Origin: Raillietiella orientalis
Taxonomy: Eukaryota
Reading direction: 5' to 3'
DNA length: 64,000 nt
Assembly: GCA_036172245.1 (NCBI GenBank)
Contig: JAYWIR010000011.1
Coordinates: 1,550,001 to 1,614,000 of the forward strand
The first letter of the stretch is position 1. Each line of letters opens with the position of its first letter. The notes under the pieces were generated by a model. That model was given only the letters and a program-made list of their open reading frames with translations. It searched no databases and had not been told where the DNA came from. Made by a program: the position numbers and the translations under genes. Shown in pieces: positions 52,701-64,000 of this stretch.

Positions 52701-53639
52701 GATGTCATTCGGACTCCGATCCTCCAGTCAGCCCGGTCAACCGGGCGAGCGCCACAGCTACAACGTCCCGATCTGCGGACGTCGTCCAGCGCGCAGAGCG
52801 GGTGGGGTGAGGAGGACACCAGAGTGCATGTGTGTGCCTTCCATTCCCCTTGCCGGGATCTCCGAATCCTCGTCTCTCCCCCCCTCCTCGGACAGAGGTC
52901 CTGGAGCGAGGCGGGTGTGGGAGCGCTCGAACGCCCGCGCTTTCCTGACCCTTAAGGCTTTGCAGGCTGCGGACTCCTCGGCCTTTCGCTGGGCACTCGG
53001 CCAGGAGGGAGGTTCATACAAACTCCACGCGGCGTAACCATGGTCCCCACGGTGAAGATGTATGCCGAGGGAGTGCCGCGGGAGTTTCCGGTGCGGCGTG
53101 CCAGAATAGGCGGCCGCCCTCAGGCCGTCCGCATGGGTGATGCCTCCTCTGTCTTTCCGGAGGAAGATCTCCGGACATCTGGGGTGCTTGAGGCTGCCAA
53201 CCCATCGTGCCAAGGTCTCCGAAGACGTGTGCGCGCGATCCCCAGTAAGCGAGACGGTTCGGAAGGTCTCCCTCGTGCTGAATAGCGGGTGCCGCGTGAC
53301 TCCACGCCGCGGCCGGAAAGTCGCAGGTGGACGACGGCGGCGGGGGACGAAGTTTGGTTCAGCGCCTGGAATGACGGACACATCCCTTCCCCTCGAGGAA
53401 GGAGCGAAGAGGGCAGGTTACAAGGAGCACATGTGGCTGTCGGCCGCTGAGCGGACGCAGGAAGCGCGGATCCACCCGTGGTCAAGAAGGCTTTGAAGAT
53501 GGAAAGGATGGATCGATCCCCATCTCCGGAGGAAATTTCCTCCTGTCCCAGTCACATTCTCCCACCCTCACCGTCGTGTACAGTCGCCGTTGTACATTTG
53601 TACTCATCCCTGTGCAGTTACCGTTATCGGGAGCGGTTC

Positions 53640-54900
53640 GAGAGCGTTGCCAGGTGGTGATGCATCTCGTGTGCGTGCGGAGCGCGTCCCGCCTCGCGCG
53701 TGTCCCGCGCGCAAAAGCGCGGAGAGGGGGCGATGACGGTTCTTCCTCCATTCCTGAAGCTGGCTCGTAGGAAGAAAGTCGAAGAGGGTGCCTCGAGAGA
53801 CATCTTTGGTTTCTTGTCGCCCTCCACGTCAAAAGTGTCGGTGGGGACCAGAAACGAGAGCCGCGTGCGACCCCGGTCGCCCAGCGCCGAGAGAGCACAG
53901 ACGCCGCGGTGAGCCTGCCGCCTTCTCCGAAGGCACGGAAGCGTTGACCGAGCAACCACACCCGCAAATCGGTGTTGCCCAGCAGCCACCCCTCTCCGCC
54001 GGACGAACGTCGTGCTGACGTGTTCTCGAAGGGGGGCGAGGTCGGTTGGAAGTGTGGTCTGAGTGCATGATGCAGCGAACAGTCGGGCAGAAGAAGCGTT
54101 CCCTTTCGTTTCGAAGCGCTCAGAGGTCATCCTTGTTTGCGGCCGTTGTCGAGCGCTGGGTCAGATCCCTGCGGGCGCAGGGAAGTCCATCCTGGCGATG
54201 CGCCCAGATGTTGCCTCGAGGGCGTCCGGAATCCCGAATGGAACCTCGGGAAGATCTCAGGGCGCGAATCGGCCTGAGCCGCCAAGGGAAGGCAGAAGCC
54301 GATGCGTGGCTTCTGCTCCTGGAGACCGTCCAATCTGAGTTCGTTGCCGCGGGAGATGGAAGAAGCCGGAAGGTGATGCTAACGCGAAAGCGAAGGCTGC
54401 CGTCATTTGAGGACGTTTCGCTGCCGCCGCGTGCACCAGCTGGCGGGCGCTCCATCGCCCGCGGGCTGGTTCCAAAGCGGAGGGTGGGGGGGAATGAGGC
54501 CCAAGAACCGCTTCCTGTTGGCTTGCGTGTCCTGCTGAAGTGCCCGGGGATTGACAGGCGCCTCCGACGGGAGCTTACGAAGCTCCTGTTCGCCGAGCGC
54601 GAGAAACTACGAGGGGGCGGCCGGAGATGTCGAGGGCCATCCGCGGAATGAGGCGCCTCCGAAAAAGAGGGGATTGGGTCGGGAGAGGGAGCACCGCATC
54701 GCTCGGGGTGCTATCCACTCCCACGTTTGCCCCTCAAAGTTGCACGGTGGCCTCCCCCCCGCGCGCCACTGCGACGTTTCCTCGAGAGTGACCTCAGCAC
54801 ACCTGCGCGAGTCATTTCTTATTCAGGGGAACGCGGGAATATGATTGAAGGCCTTCAGGTACCCCCGCGTTTGGCTCGAAGTGTTCGGCCCGTAACCACG
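53640..54900 (+). mobile_element. Degenerate Buster/SPIN-type hAT transposase
   Basis: Colinear relics: ASRDIFGFL (like TTg.DIF), STDAA (like TDGA), ECMMQR (like HCiiH), VVERWVRSLRAQG (like VVk.VNfIR) and GLSRQGK (like WLSRGK). Confidence 0.4.
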
Positions 54901-56109
54901 GCAATTCATTACGGATGCAGAAAACTACGTCAAGACTCCCCTGAATAAATCATGGGGAGGGGGGCAAGGGAAACGCGGCCGTTTCTGAGCGACGGGTCGG
55001 TCGGCGCAATCCGAACGGAAAGTAGTGGTTCGCTTCTTCTTGCGCGTTCTCCGGCCGTGGATCGCTCGCCCACCCCCTTCCCCGCTCTGCCGAATCCCAG
55101 TGGCTAAAGAGGCGGTGGGGGTGGTGGAGGCGGTGACGTCCTTAGCGATCGATTCACGGAAAGCTCCAGATGACACCGCATGTGTTCCGGGTGCCGAGGA
55201 GGACGTTCGAGGCGAGCTCTTTACCTACATCTCGATGGGTCCCCCCCATCTGCGTCGAGAGCACTAGAAAGAATGGAGGACGGCTTGTAAGTGCGAGGGG
55301 AAAGGAGGAACCTCAGCTTGTAGACCGCGCTTTGCAAAGGCGCTCACTTCTTGCGGCTGGTGCCGGCGCACACGGCTTATAATCCCCCCTCCCCCCTCCC
55401 CGTTTTTTTTTGTTTACCAGGTCCGTCAGCTCTTCTTGGCAGCGTGAGCGGAGGGGCGGTCCTTGGTGGCGGGCGCTCGAGATCGGCTGGGCGAACCGAG
55501 GGCGTGCGTTGCAGCAGCCTACTGAAGAACTGCATGCGCGCGCGTCTTCGCGATCCCGTTCTCCGGTCTGCCACGAAAACTCCTGGTTCTTCGGAGCGGC
55601 CACTCTGGCTCTCGGCTCTGGGCGGACGGGCGGGCGTCCTCGGTCATCCGGTCGCCCGCTCCATCCGCGGAGGGAAGGTAGAGAAGGAGGTGGCAGGTGG
55701 TCCCGTCGGGAGCGCAGCAGCAGCGGGTTTGCGAAAATCGTTCTCAACCCTGCTGGGGGTCGCGGACGCGAGAGCGGGAGGAGGTCGCCCTGCATGAAAG
55801 TGCGGGAACGGAGAGGGGAGAAAGGGGCGGGTGGACGCCTACGCCCAGCCGTCCCCCGCCCGCCTGCGGCGATCTCCTGCCCTCCCCTCGCGGAAGCGAT
55901 CGATGACGGCAGCAGGAAGCGAGACGAATGGTCCGGTGACCTCCCCCCCGCGCGTCCGCTCGGGAAGCGGGACCTCGCGCTGCAGGAAGAGGGCAAGGGC
56001 CTTGAGCTCCGTCCCGCAGGCCAGAGCTGGTGGTGCACGGAACCTCCGGCTTTTTGGGGGGAAACAGTTTGCGCCCCTCTCCGAGTCATGGCGCCCGGTC
56101 TCGCGTCAG

Positions 56110-56400
56110 GTAAGACGCGGTCATTTTCACAAACCGATGGGAACTCCGGAAGGCTCCTTGATTCCTGGAAGGATCGCCCAGAAGGTCAACTTCCAAATCC
56201 CTGCCACTCGACGGGGTTTCCACCAGGGTCGCGCCCGAAGCCAACCGAGGTCCATCACGCCATCCTCGGGGGGAGGGGAGGAGGGAACTGGACATCCACG
56301 ATGCGCCTCCCATCTCTCGGAGTCGATGCTTCCCCCGGGGGGGATTCTAACCCGCGACGCTTGGCACCGAAACTCGGGGAGGAGCCGGTGGCGGTGGCGG
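56110..56400 (-). mobile_element. tRNA-headed element, degenerate head + partial body
   Basis: The reverse complement reads GGTGCCAAGCGTCGCGGGTTAGAATCCCC...GGAAGTTGACCTTCTGG..CCAGGAATCAAGGAGCC, as in 8880->8670. Confidence 0.55.
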
Positions 56401-57219
56401 CTCCTCGCTCTCTCCGCGGGCCACTCGGAACGAGTGCGAGTGAGCGAGCAGCCCTGCGTCTCGGGTGACGCGGCGGTCTCGGCAATCTTCCCCAGGAACG
56501 GAAAGCGGCGTCCGAGAGGCTGCAATCAAATTTAATGGAAGCTGCGCGCCCTCCCTCGGTCCTCCGCCGCTTCTTCGGAGCGGCGTCCAATCCATCAAGT
56601 CCACTCGCGTCCACGGCCGGAGCATCCGAGGTTCCTCCGACTTCATGGAAGGGAAAGGGAGACGACTCCCCCCTCCCTCCGTTGCAAAGTGTCAGGGACA
56701 GTCGAATTCTTTTTTTTGATTTAGAGGACTGGGACGCTTCCCTGGAATTCCTGAGATGCGTGCTAATCAGATTGCTTTCGGATCTTCTCCGTAGACGTTC
56801 GTCTTCGGAAGCAGTTGCTAACGTGCCGTTTTGTTTCCTCCGGAAAGCCGGGTGCGGGTCCTCGTTCCCTCTCCAACCTCCCCCCCTCAAACCTCCATCT
56901 TCCCTCCCCTTCCGTTGACTCCGGGTCACTCGTAGTTTCCCGGGGTGGTTCCCAGGGGGCAGGGGTTCTCTTCCGCGGGCGCTCTGCTTTCGCCCCCCAC
57001 GCACCCCCCATCTCTTTCACGGAAACCACCGCCGCGCGGAAGCCTTCCTGGTAGCGCCGGTAAGCGGAGGGAAACGACGTCCGAGGTTGGCGCTTCTCTC
57101 GGAAGGGGTCGCCTCCCTTTCCGCTGTTGAGAGAGTCCGGGCCGGACTCTTAGCCACTTTCGGAGGAAAGTGAGGAGCAGGGAAAATTCCATTTCTTCCC
57201 CGACTTGTCAATTATTCAG

Positions 57220-57400
57220 GGCTTCGCTTCGCTCGCGCGTGACTCGGCAGGGACGAGGATACGCCCCTGGGCATTCTACGATTGTCGGCCCTCATTTCGT
57301 ATGCACGTGGCTCCAGATTCGAGGAGCACGCCATTCGTATTAAAGAGTTCCTCTCTTCTCTTCTCCTCCCCAATCAGACGTTTCCCAGCAATCAAGGGAG
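57220..57400 (+). mobile_element. Buster-type hAT fragment (first catalytic Asp region)
   Basis: RDEDTPLGILRLSALISYARG...IKEFLSSLLLPNQT resembles DESTD...qLl.yvRy...ikEefL...L...T. Confidence 0.35.
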
Positions 57401-57644
57401 GAGCGGGGTTCTGCGGACTCTAACCCTCAACGCGGATGCGCCCGTTCGGCCGTCTTCGCGGGCGGGCGCCTCCGGGCGAACCCGCGACAGCTGCCGCCCT
57501 GGGACGCCACCCGTCCGCAGGCGAGGAGGAAAACCCACGAATTTGGGCCGCACTCCGCCTGCTTCCTTCCTTCAGCTCCTTCCGAACGAGTAGCAAGGGA
57601 GCGCGGGCGCACTTCCGCGGCGGCCCCAGCGAGAGCGGACACAC

Positions 57645-58620
57645 GTGACCTGGGTTTATCACTCTGGGATGTTTATAAAAATAATAAACATACATGTGTA
57701 GGGCCATCGGCCCTAGTTGTCCGAAAATGCTCGGAACCTGCCGAGTAACCGGAACTCAGGTCGGAGGGATTCGCTTCGGCAGCGAAGGGGGGAGGGGACA
57801 AACAGAAATAAAAATAAATAAAAAAAGAAAACTGTGGGGGTCACGGCAAGGGATCATTGTCCGCTGAAGGGCGTCCTCTGCATCCTTTCCAAAATGCCGG
57901 CAAGTTCCATCCGAGTGTGCACCAGTGGGGTCATCCTGCTGCCGTCCGCAGGAAGCGCAGGACGAAGCAGATGGCGTTCCTGTCTCGCTGTCCTCTTCCT
58001 CTCGCGTAGCTCCAGGCCTGCTGGGGATGCAGCAGGTGAAAGGGCATCGCGCACGAAGAGGCATCCCTGGAATTGTCCGTCGGTGCACCAAGGGCAGTTG
58101 AGTAACGCAACCTCAGGGACCGGAGGGCAACACGGTCAACGAGCAGATGCGGAAGGGATTCCGGTTCCCCGTACCTGCAGCCCCCCAGGTCCAGTGAGAG
58201 AGGCGGGAGTTGCACGGGAAGCCCCAGTGCAGCAGCAGAAGTGCCGAATCCTGCCATTTCAGGGAGAGGGCCCGGTTGTTCTTCAGCACTATGAGTCACT
58301 TGAGGTCTTCCTGTAGAATTTCCAGAAGCTCACCCTAGCATAATAGTCCTTTGGTTGGGGTACTTCAGGTCGCAACGTCCGTGAGCTCCCTCGGGTCCAG
58401 CCACCTAGTTCCTTCGTCTTGTGACTGATTTCGCAAGTGACCTACCATTTGACAAGCTGGTTACTGCCCAGGTACTCCCTGAGGGAAGGCAGTGCCGCGG
58501 TCAGGGAGGTTCTTTACGCCCACGCGCACGTGGTGGGCTGCACAATGACGTCCTCCAGCGAGCGGTTGCTGTAGAGCGAGGGCAGAGGTCGCTGCCGCAT
58601 CCCCAGGCTCGCTCCGTTCT
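57645..58620 (-). mobile_element. L1/Tx1-like ORF2 3' part + 3' UTR
   Basis: GCRYGEPESLPHLLVDRVALRSL and LVHTRMELAGILERMQRTPFSGQ*. The UTR is homologous to 44705-44900. Confidence 0.65.
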
Positions 58621-58748
58621 GTTCACGTGACCTGGGAGTTCCTTCCTACCCCGCCGGCTGTTTCTCCGTTTGACGCAACAACAGAAAGCAGAAAAAGTTA
58701 GTCTCCAGGCACTCCCATTAGAACATTGGTCTTTAGGATGATGATTAT

Positions 58749-60430
58749 CACCCGGTTGTGCCGGAGCATTTATTACATAAAATAAGAAAAATACATTGGT
58801 GTGGTAGAACACTTGGTTCTATCACGTGCGATGAACCTGCCGAAGAGTGGCGCGCAGGCCGGCGTGGTCCGCTTCGGCAGCGCGGGGGAGGGAAAAACAA
58901 AAACAAGAAAAACAACCACACAAAACAGGGGAGGGGAAATTTTACACAGGGAGGCGGTTGGGGGACCGAGGAAGGGATCACATTACGCTGCCAGGCATCC
59001 TTTGCATTCCGTCGAGGATGCCGGCAAATTCCGTCCGTACATATCACCTAGGTGAGGCCATCTAGAGGCGGTCTTCGGGAAGATCTGCACCCAGTGGATG
59101 GCGTCCCTGCCATTTAGGCTCTCTTCTCCTGGCGTTCAGCCTGCCGTTGTGGTCCCTCGGAGACAGCAGAAGCCTGTGAGGGACGCGGTTGGCGGCAGTG
59201 CGGCACCACGCACGAAGAAGCGTCTGAAAATGTGGGACTGCCCATTGGGATACCTAGGATCATCCCGAGGTGATCCCAAACGGGTCGAAGGGCAGCACAG
59301 TCTAGAAGCATTTGCGGGAGGGTCTCCTTCCTCCGCACTTGTCATACTGAACGTCCACGCTCCCCCACCCCCTTGTCCAGTGGTGAAGACGCGCTTCGCG
59401 TGGGATTCCCCCTATGCACCATCAGGAACGCCAATTCGTTCCACTTGAGGGGGAGGTGCCTCTGTTCCAGAGATCTGGGGGCCGCTTCACTTCTTCCGGA
59501 GGGATTTCGAGCAGCTCTCCCCAGCATAGAAGTCCTTAGGGTGGGACATTCGAGATTGCAGCTCCTTTAGGGTGCTGAAAATCCTTTCGGGTTCTTCTGC
59601 TTCCCTGTTTTCCTTCCAGCTTTTTTTATTTTTTTGGCCGCCAAGCGCCTCAAGAACCGCCGTTCTCTTGGCGGCTCACGAAGTTCTTTCACGCTGTCCA
59701 CGCCGCCCGAGGGTGCGTGCTGACTCTTCGAGTTATAGGGGGTAACCCCGGGAGAAGAACACCCTATGAGTCCAGGACGGGGCTAACGGGGGATGGAGTC
59801 CGTTTCTCTCGCGCTTGGTAGGGGAATCCGTAAGTGGAACCTCTTCCTTATTCTCTCCAGAGGGAACCCTGGAGGCGAGCGGGGTCACTCCTCATTTTGT
59901 TCTCCGGAAGGAACCCGGTAAGGATCCGCGCTCCAGGATGTTCTTCTCCAGGAGTTTCTTCTCCCGGAGGGAACCCGCTTCCTGTTTCGCATTCTGAAGA
60001 GAATCCGAAGGGACGCTTTCAAGTTTTCTCTGAAGGGCGCTCCCCGAAGAAAGCAGCGCGCTTCTTAAAACTCTGGAGAGGCAACCCCCGAGGGAGGTAT
60101 CAACCAGCTCCACGGTACACGATAGAGGGTCCCTTCCCGTGAGGGGAGACAGCTCCATTTTCATAATCCGAGGGGAACCCCAAAGGGCTCATTCATTCTT
60201 GGAAGTACGCTGAAGGGTCAACTTCCAATCTCGACCAGTCAACGGGGCATCCGGGGTTTTCGGCTTCCACCAGAGGCGTACTCGCATAGGACAACCAGCG
60301 TCATCTTGCGGGGGAACACGGAACTAGGACGCACCCCCCGTTCTCGGCGTCGACCAGGTGGGATTCGAACCCGAGACGCTCTGTGCCACGCGCGAGGAGG
60401 CCGTCGCAACCGCACGGCCGCCAACGCGGG
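58749..60430 (-). mobile_element. Second complete-looking composite element (head + body + zf-RVT tail + 3' hairpin), inverted relative to 49316-50870
   Basis: Head CCCGCGTTGG..GGGTTCGAATCCC at 60430->60359; body to ~59560; LPLKWNELAFL..KETLPQMLLDCAALRPVWDHLG; terminus AATAAATGCTCCGG-CACAA-CCGGGTG. Confidence 0.65.
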
Positions 60431-61639
60431 CCATGTCCTGAAAGCCCCCCCTTCCCCCCCCCCCTTCATGGCAGACATTCTTTGCATTGATGGTCCATAC
60501 TGCCGAATCTGCACGATCAGCGCGTGCAATCTCTATGATCTGAAGGGGAAAGTCTGCCGATCAACCTACCAAGGTATTTCTTCACCTGATTCACAATCCG
60601 GGACGCTCTGGGAGTCCATTCCGGGAGCCTAGGGAGACGGTCAATCTTGGGAGACGACAGGTAAAAATCCCGCGGACCCGCTGAGGCTTTTGGGGGTCCC
60701 GCTGGACCCCCGGCAAGCGGGCCGGAAAGCGCTCTACAAGCAGAGCGCCTCGGGCCGACTGCAGCGCTCGCACATGTCGCGGCCACCCGTGGCTGCCGCA
60801 CCCGTGACCCGAATCGGGTTTACACCTCGTCTGGTGGCGCGAGGCTGCCCCGTTCGTTTCGTCCTTCCGGTCTCCTCCTGTGAGGTGGCGGCTGCCGCCC
60901 GACCGCTAGTTCCTTCTCAGCCTCGGAGTTCCTCGCGACGTCTCGCGTCCTTCGTCACGGAACTTCCGCGTCTCCGCGTGCTCCACTGCTACTTTTCTTC
61001 CAGGAAGATGGGCTTCGCAGCCCGTCTTCCTGGAAGCCGCAACAGTGTGAAAAGAAGTGAAAGGAAGAGTTTCCGTCAGCTTCTTCCACCCTCCTCTTCG
61101 GCTCCTCCTTTGCCTTTCGAATGCACGAACAGTCCGGTCTTTTTCAGCTCGCACCCAGGGAACGTGGCGCCGGAGCTCGCGTGCGCCACCGCCCCTTCCC
61201 CTCCTTTTGCTTGCTTTCTGGCAGCTTCCAAGTCCCTCCACACTTTGTCATTCCTCGCATCTCAGGGCTCCCCGGGACTCTGCTGCGAGCGCCCTCTCTT
61301 GCAAGGTAGCGGCACTCCTTCCGAAGAGAGGCGGAGATTTGGTGTGCGGCGCTCATCCCCCTCCCACCCTGCCTCTTCCAGCGCGCTATCCATGAACCGC
61401 TTGCGTGGGCGGACGGGGGAAGTGGGGTGCGGCAACCCTCACCCTGCCTTGGAGCGCGGGATTTTCAGTTTCGCGTCTGGTCCTCGGGGCAGGCCGCCGA
61501 GGCCGCACTGCTCCAGCAGGGCAGCTTGCAGCACCTGGAACAGTTTTGAAGGGCGAGACGGAAGCAGTTCCCTGTGTGGCTCGGAAGGTCGCCACCGTTA
61601 AGAATGGATTCCCTCATTCCCAGTGAGCTACGACTAAAA

Positions 61640-62830
61640 ACGGTAGGATGCTGGAAAAAACTGTTATCTCCGCTCTCGTCGCCCCTCTTGGGGATGTGGA
61701 AAAGGGTCGCATCCTGAATTTATCGTAATCGGTCCTTGCGGTGAATCCCAAATTCCGCCACGCTCGGAGCCTTTTGTTCAAGAGAAATTGGCTTCTTTGC
61801 CTTTTCGGAGGTCCGACAGTAACAGAAGGGGACACCCGCAAAAGGCATTCTTTGTTTCTTCGACGCCAGGATCTCCCCGTCATCTGGACTTGATTCGTAA
61901 AGGAGGGATTCTTCAAGGAAGGAACCGCTCCGAATGCAGTTTCGAAGGAACCGGAAAAAGTCCGTTACCCGGGTTACGGCACGGGAAAGAACCAGCGGGC
62001 CGGGAGGAGGAGGAGGAATGGAGCATCTGCTCCCGGAATCCGGGCTTACAAGAATCTGGCAGTCATCTTATCGGTGCGGAGGCGGGGAGTCGAGAGTTCA
62101 TCTTGTCCACTCCAGAAGATTCAAGACAAATCCAGGCAGGGGGACGGGAGGGGGGGGGGGGAAGGGTCACTCCTTCTATCGGAAAGGACGCTGAGCGCGA
62201 TTCGTGGTGCTGAACTGAGGAGTTTTCGTGGTAAACCTGCTGAGGGTTTCCTCTGGCACGACAGTGGCAACGAAAGAGAACCCTCTGTCCTGGGAAAAGG
62301 CTGCAAGGTTCCATGGGAACAGTGGGAGCACTGGGAATCGGCGGGAATCGACGCAGAGAGCGAGCATCTGTCTCTTGAGTGGTCATTCGGGATGGGAACT
62401 GCCGCCCTTCGTTTCCAAAAGCAGGCATCCTGCAGCGATTAGTGGAAACTTTTTCGAACGCCGCCGATGGCGCTCAACCTTCGGCCAGGTGTCGTGCGTT
62501 CGTCGAAGTCATGAAGTGGAATTCGGTTGACCTGACCGCGGGACCGAACGAGGTGTGCAAGGAGCTCATCTCCTGCCGCGACCGGCAGAAGAGGACAGGA
62601 ACGTGACGTCAACTCGTCAACGGTGACGAGCAATGTAAGTGGTCCCCTCTCTTCCCTGGAGAGCAAATAGGAAAAGGCGACGGATGGAGAGGGCAGGTGC
62701 CGAAGACACTTACTCCCACCTGGCAGGCTCGCGCCCCTCTCATCTCCTCCATGCCGAGATGACTTCGCCTCCTCGTCGGCCTGGGGCTTTTCAAGTGATC
62801 GCTCAGACAGTGGTGGTGACCGTGAAGGCG
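61640..62830 (+). mobile_element. Degenerate hAT (Ac/hobo-type) transposase
   Basis: Colinear relics: APLGDVEKG..VNPKFRHARS (like Pf..Ve...nP.y..psr), EEWSI..GSHLIG..EFIL (like D.WT...Hfi...vL), HDSGNE (like tDnasN), EHLSL (like H.lnL) and EVMKWNS (like dV.TRWNS). Confidence 0.5.
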
Positions 62831-62949
62831 GTCCCTCGGCGAGAGTCACTCACCTCCCCCATTTGCTAAGGAGGTTTACGAAAAGAAAGGGCAAGCGAGC
62901 AGCGACCCTCACCCCAATTTCCCGACCCACCCAGCTCAGTCGCTTCTGG

Positions 62950-63420
62950 ACCGCGCGCGCGGCGGGGAGTTCAAGACCGCGGACGTTCCTGGCCTAGGTG
63001 CGCACTTCTCCTGGCTCGTTCCACTGACTCCTTCCTCGCTGTTCGGATCCTTCCCATTCTCCCTGCAGGCAGGCCGTGGTTTCACCACCGGGAACCAGCG
63101 TGGCCCGGAGTTTCGTCGTCGCGGCGAGGGTCCGGAGACTGGCAGACGGGACCCTCCTCTCCCGGCAAAACTCGACCGTGAGCGTCTGTTCCCGGACGTT
63201 TCGAGGTCTCTTCGACTTCCCTTCTCCCTCGGATCTCTGAACTCCTGCTCGTCGCTCACAGTCACTTCGGCGGGTCAACCGGAGACCGACCAGTCCCTTG
63301 TTCAGCGCGCCAGGGTCTTCAGAATTCCGCTGTTTCAGCATCCAGCCGCCACAGAGCCTCCCGCCTTTTCTTGCCGCAAGCACCCGTTCTTGTAAGGTCT
63401 AGGAAGGGTCCGCGTATCTT
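62950..63420 (-). mobile_element. Possible post-APE linker relic of L1/Tx1 ORF2
   Basis: GGWMLKQRNSEDP resembles the G.WklN...L.dp motif that follows the APE domain. Confidence 0.3.
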
Positions 63421-64000
63421 AGGTCGTCCCGTGACCGGGGCTGGCGCTGGCGCTGGTCCCCACTAGAGACCAATTGGTGCATTGGGCGTTGTGGGGTCCG
63501 CGGAAAATGGCTACACTGGAATGGCCGCTACGCGTTCCGGAACGACTTCCGGCCGCTGCTCCGTCAGCACCGGTCACGTGGCAGGGAATAAATAAAGGCG
63601 AAGAGGGACGTGTCTCCATGTAAGGGAGGGGTTTTAAGTCGTCTCCCGGGATTGGCCGGTTTGAGGCCACGAGCTCCCATTCTCTCTCGATCGATCCTCC
63701 CTTCCGTAGTGTTCCCTCATTTTTATTTATTCCAAATGATTTATGTATTTATTTTAAACGAATGGCCCGGTGTGCCGGGATAAGGGCTCCCAAGGAAGTG
63801 CTGCGAAGGTTCTGATCTGATCCCCCTGCCTGCCTCCTGGATGCAATCCTGCTTCCGGGACCGCGTTGTCTCGCCCCTGATCGCTGGGTTCCGAACGCAG
63901 GCAAATCCCGGGCAGTGCACCCGATTGCTGTTCTTTGCAGATCGGGGATGCGAAGGAGCGCCGCTGTCTTCAGACAGGAAAATTCGTCCTTCGTGTCTTC

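Noticed and set aside
55410..56468. Long ORFs in GC-rich DNA (352 aa here; also 51149-52189, 40597-41652, 60690-61601, 14547-15596)
   Set aside because: They are mostly R/G/P/S-rich translations with no coherent domain and they cross repeat boundaries. This is expected from stop-codon scarcity at high GC.
1..64000. CRISPR array or prokaryotic/viral defence system
   Set aside because: No regularly spaced short repeats and no operon-like intact ORFs; the genes are spliced eukaryotic ones.

Overview
This is eukaryotic (metazoan) genomic DNA with very short introns of about 50 nt. The compact introns, Rab23 and abundant Buster/hAT relics are compatible with a clade I nematode such as Trichuris or Soboliphyme, but the taxon is inferred, not proven. 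AT-rich blocks hold three clear minus-strand genes: WDR3/UTP12 (1088-4498), PWP2/UTP1 (16876-20523) and RAB23 (26213-27133). WDR3 and PWP2 both encode UtpB subunits and share an AAAACACGTG E-box 60-70 bp upstream of the ATG. Two visibly GC-rich islands (~7.4-16.5 kb and ~32-64 kb) are nested transposon graveyards. They are dominated by one L1/Tx1-like non-LTR family, seen as ORF1 zinc-knuckle, APE, RT-flanking and zf-RVT fragments. Its copies begin with a tRNA(His)-like Pol III head and end in AATAAAC plus a short conserved hairpin rather than poly(A). Two complete ~1.6 kb head+tail derivatives lie inverted ~10 kb apart and share a ~296 bp identical tract. The first island also holds an apparently intact BTB-BACK(-PHR-like) gene and a two-orientation 28S rDNA mosaic. 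Several hAT transposase relics are present. All domain calls are by-eye motif matches, and TE boundaries are approximate.
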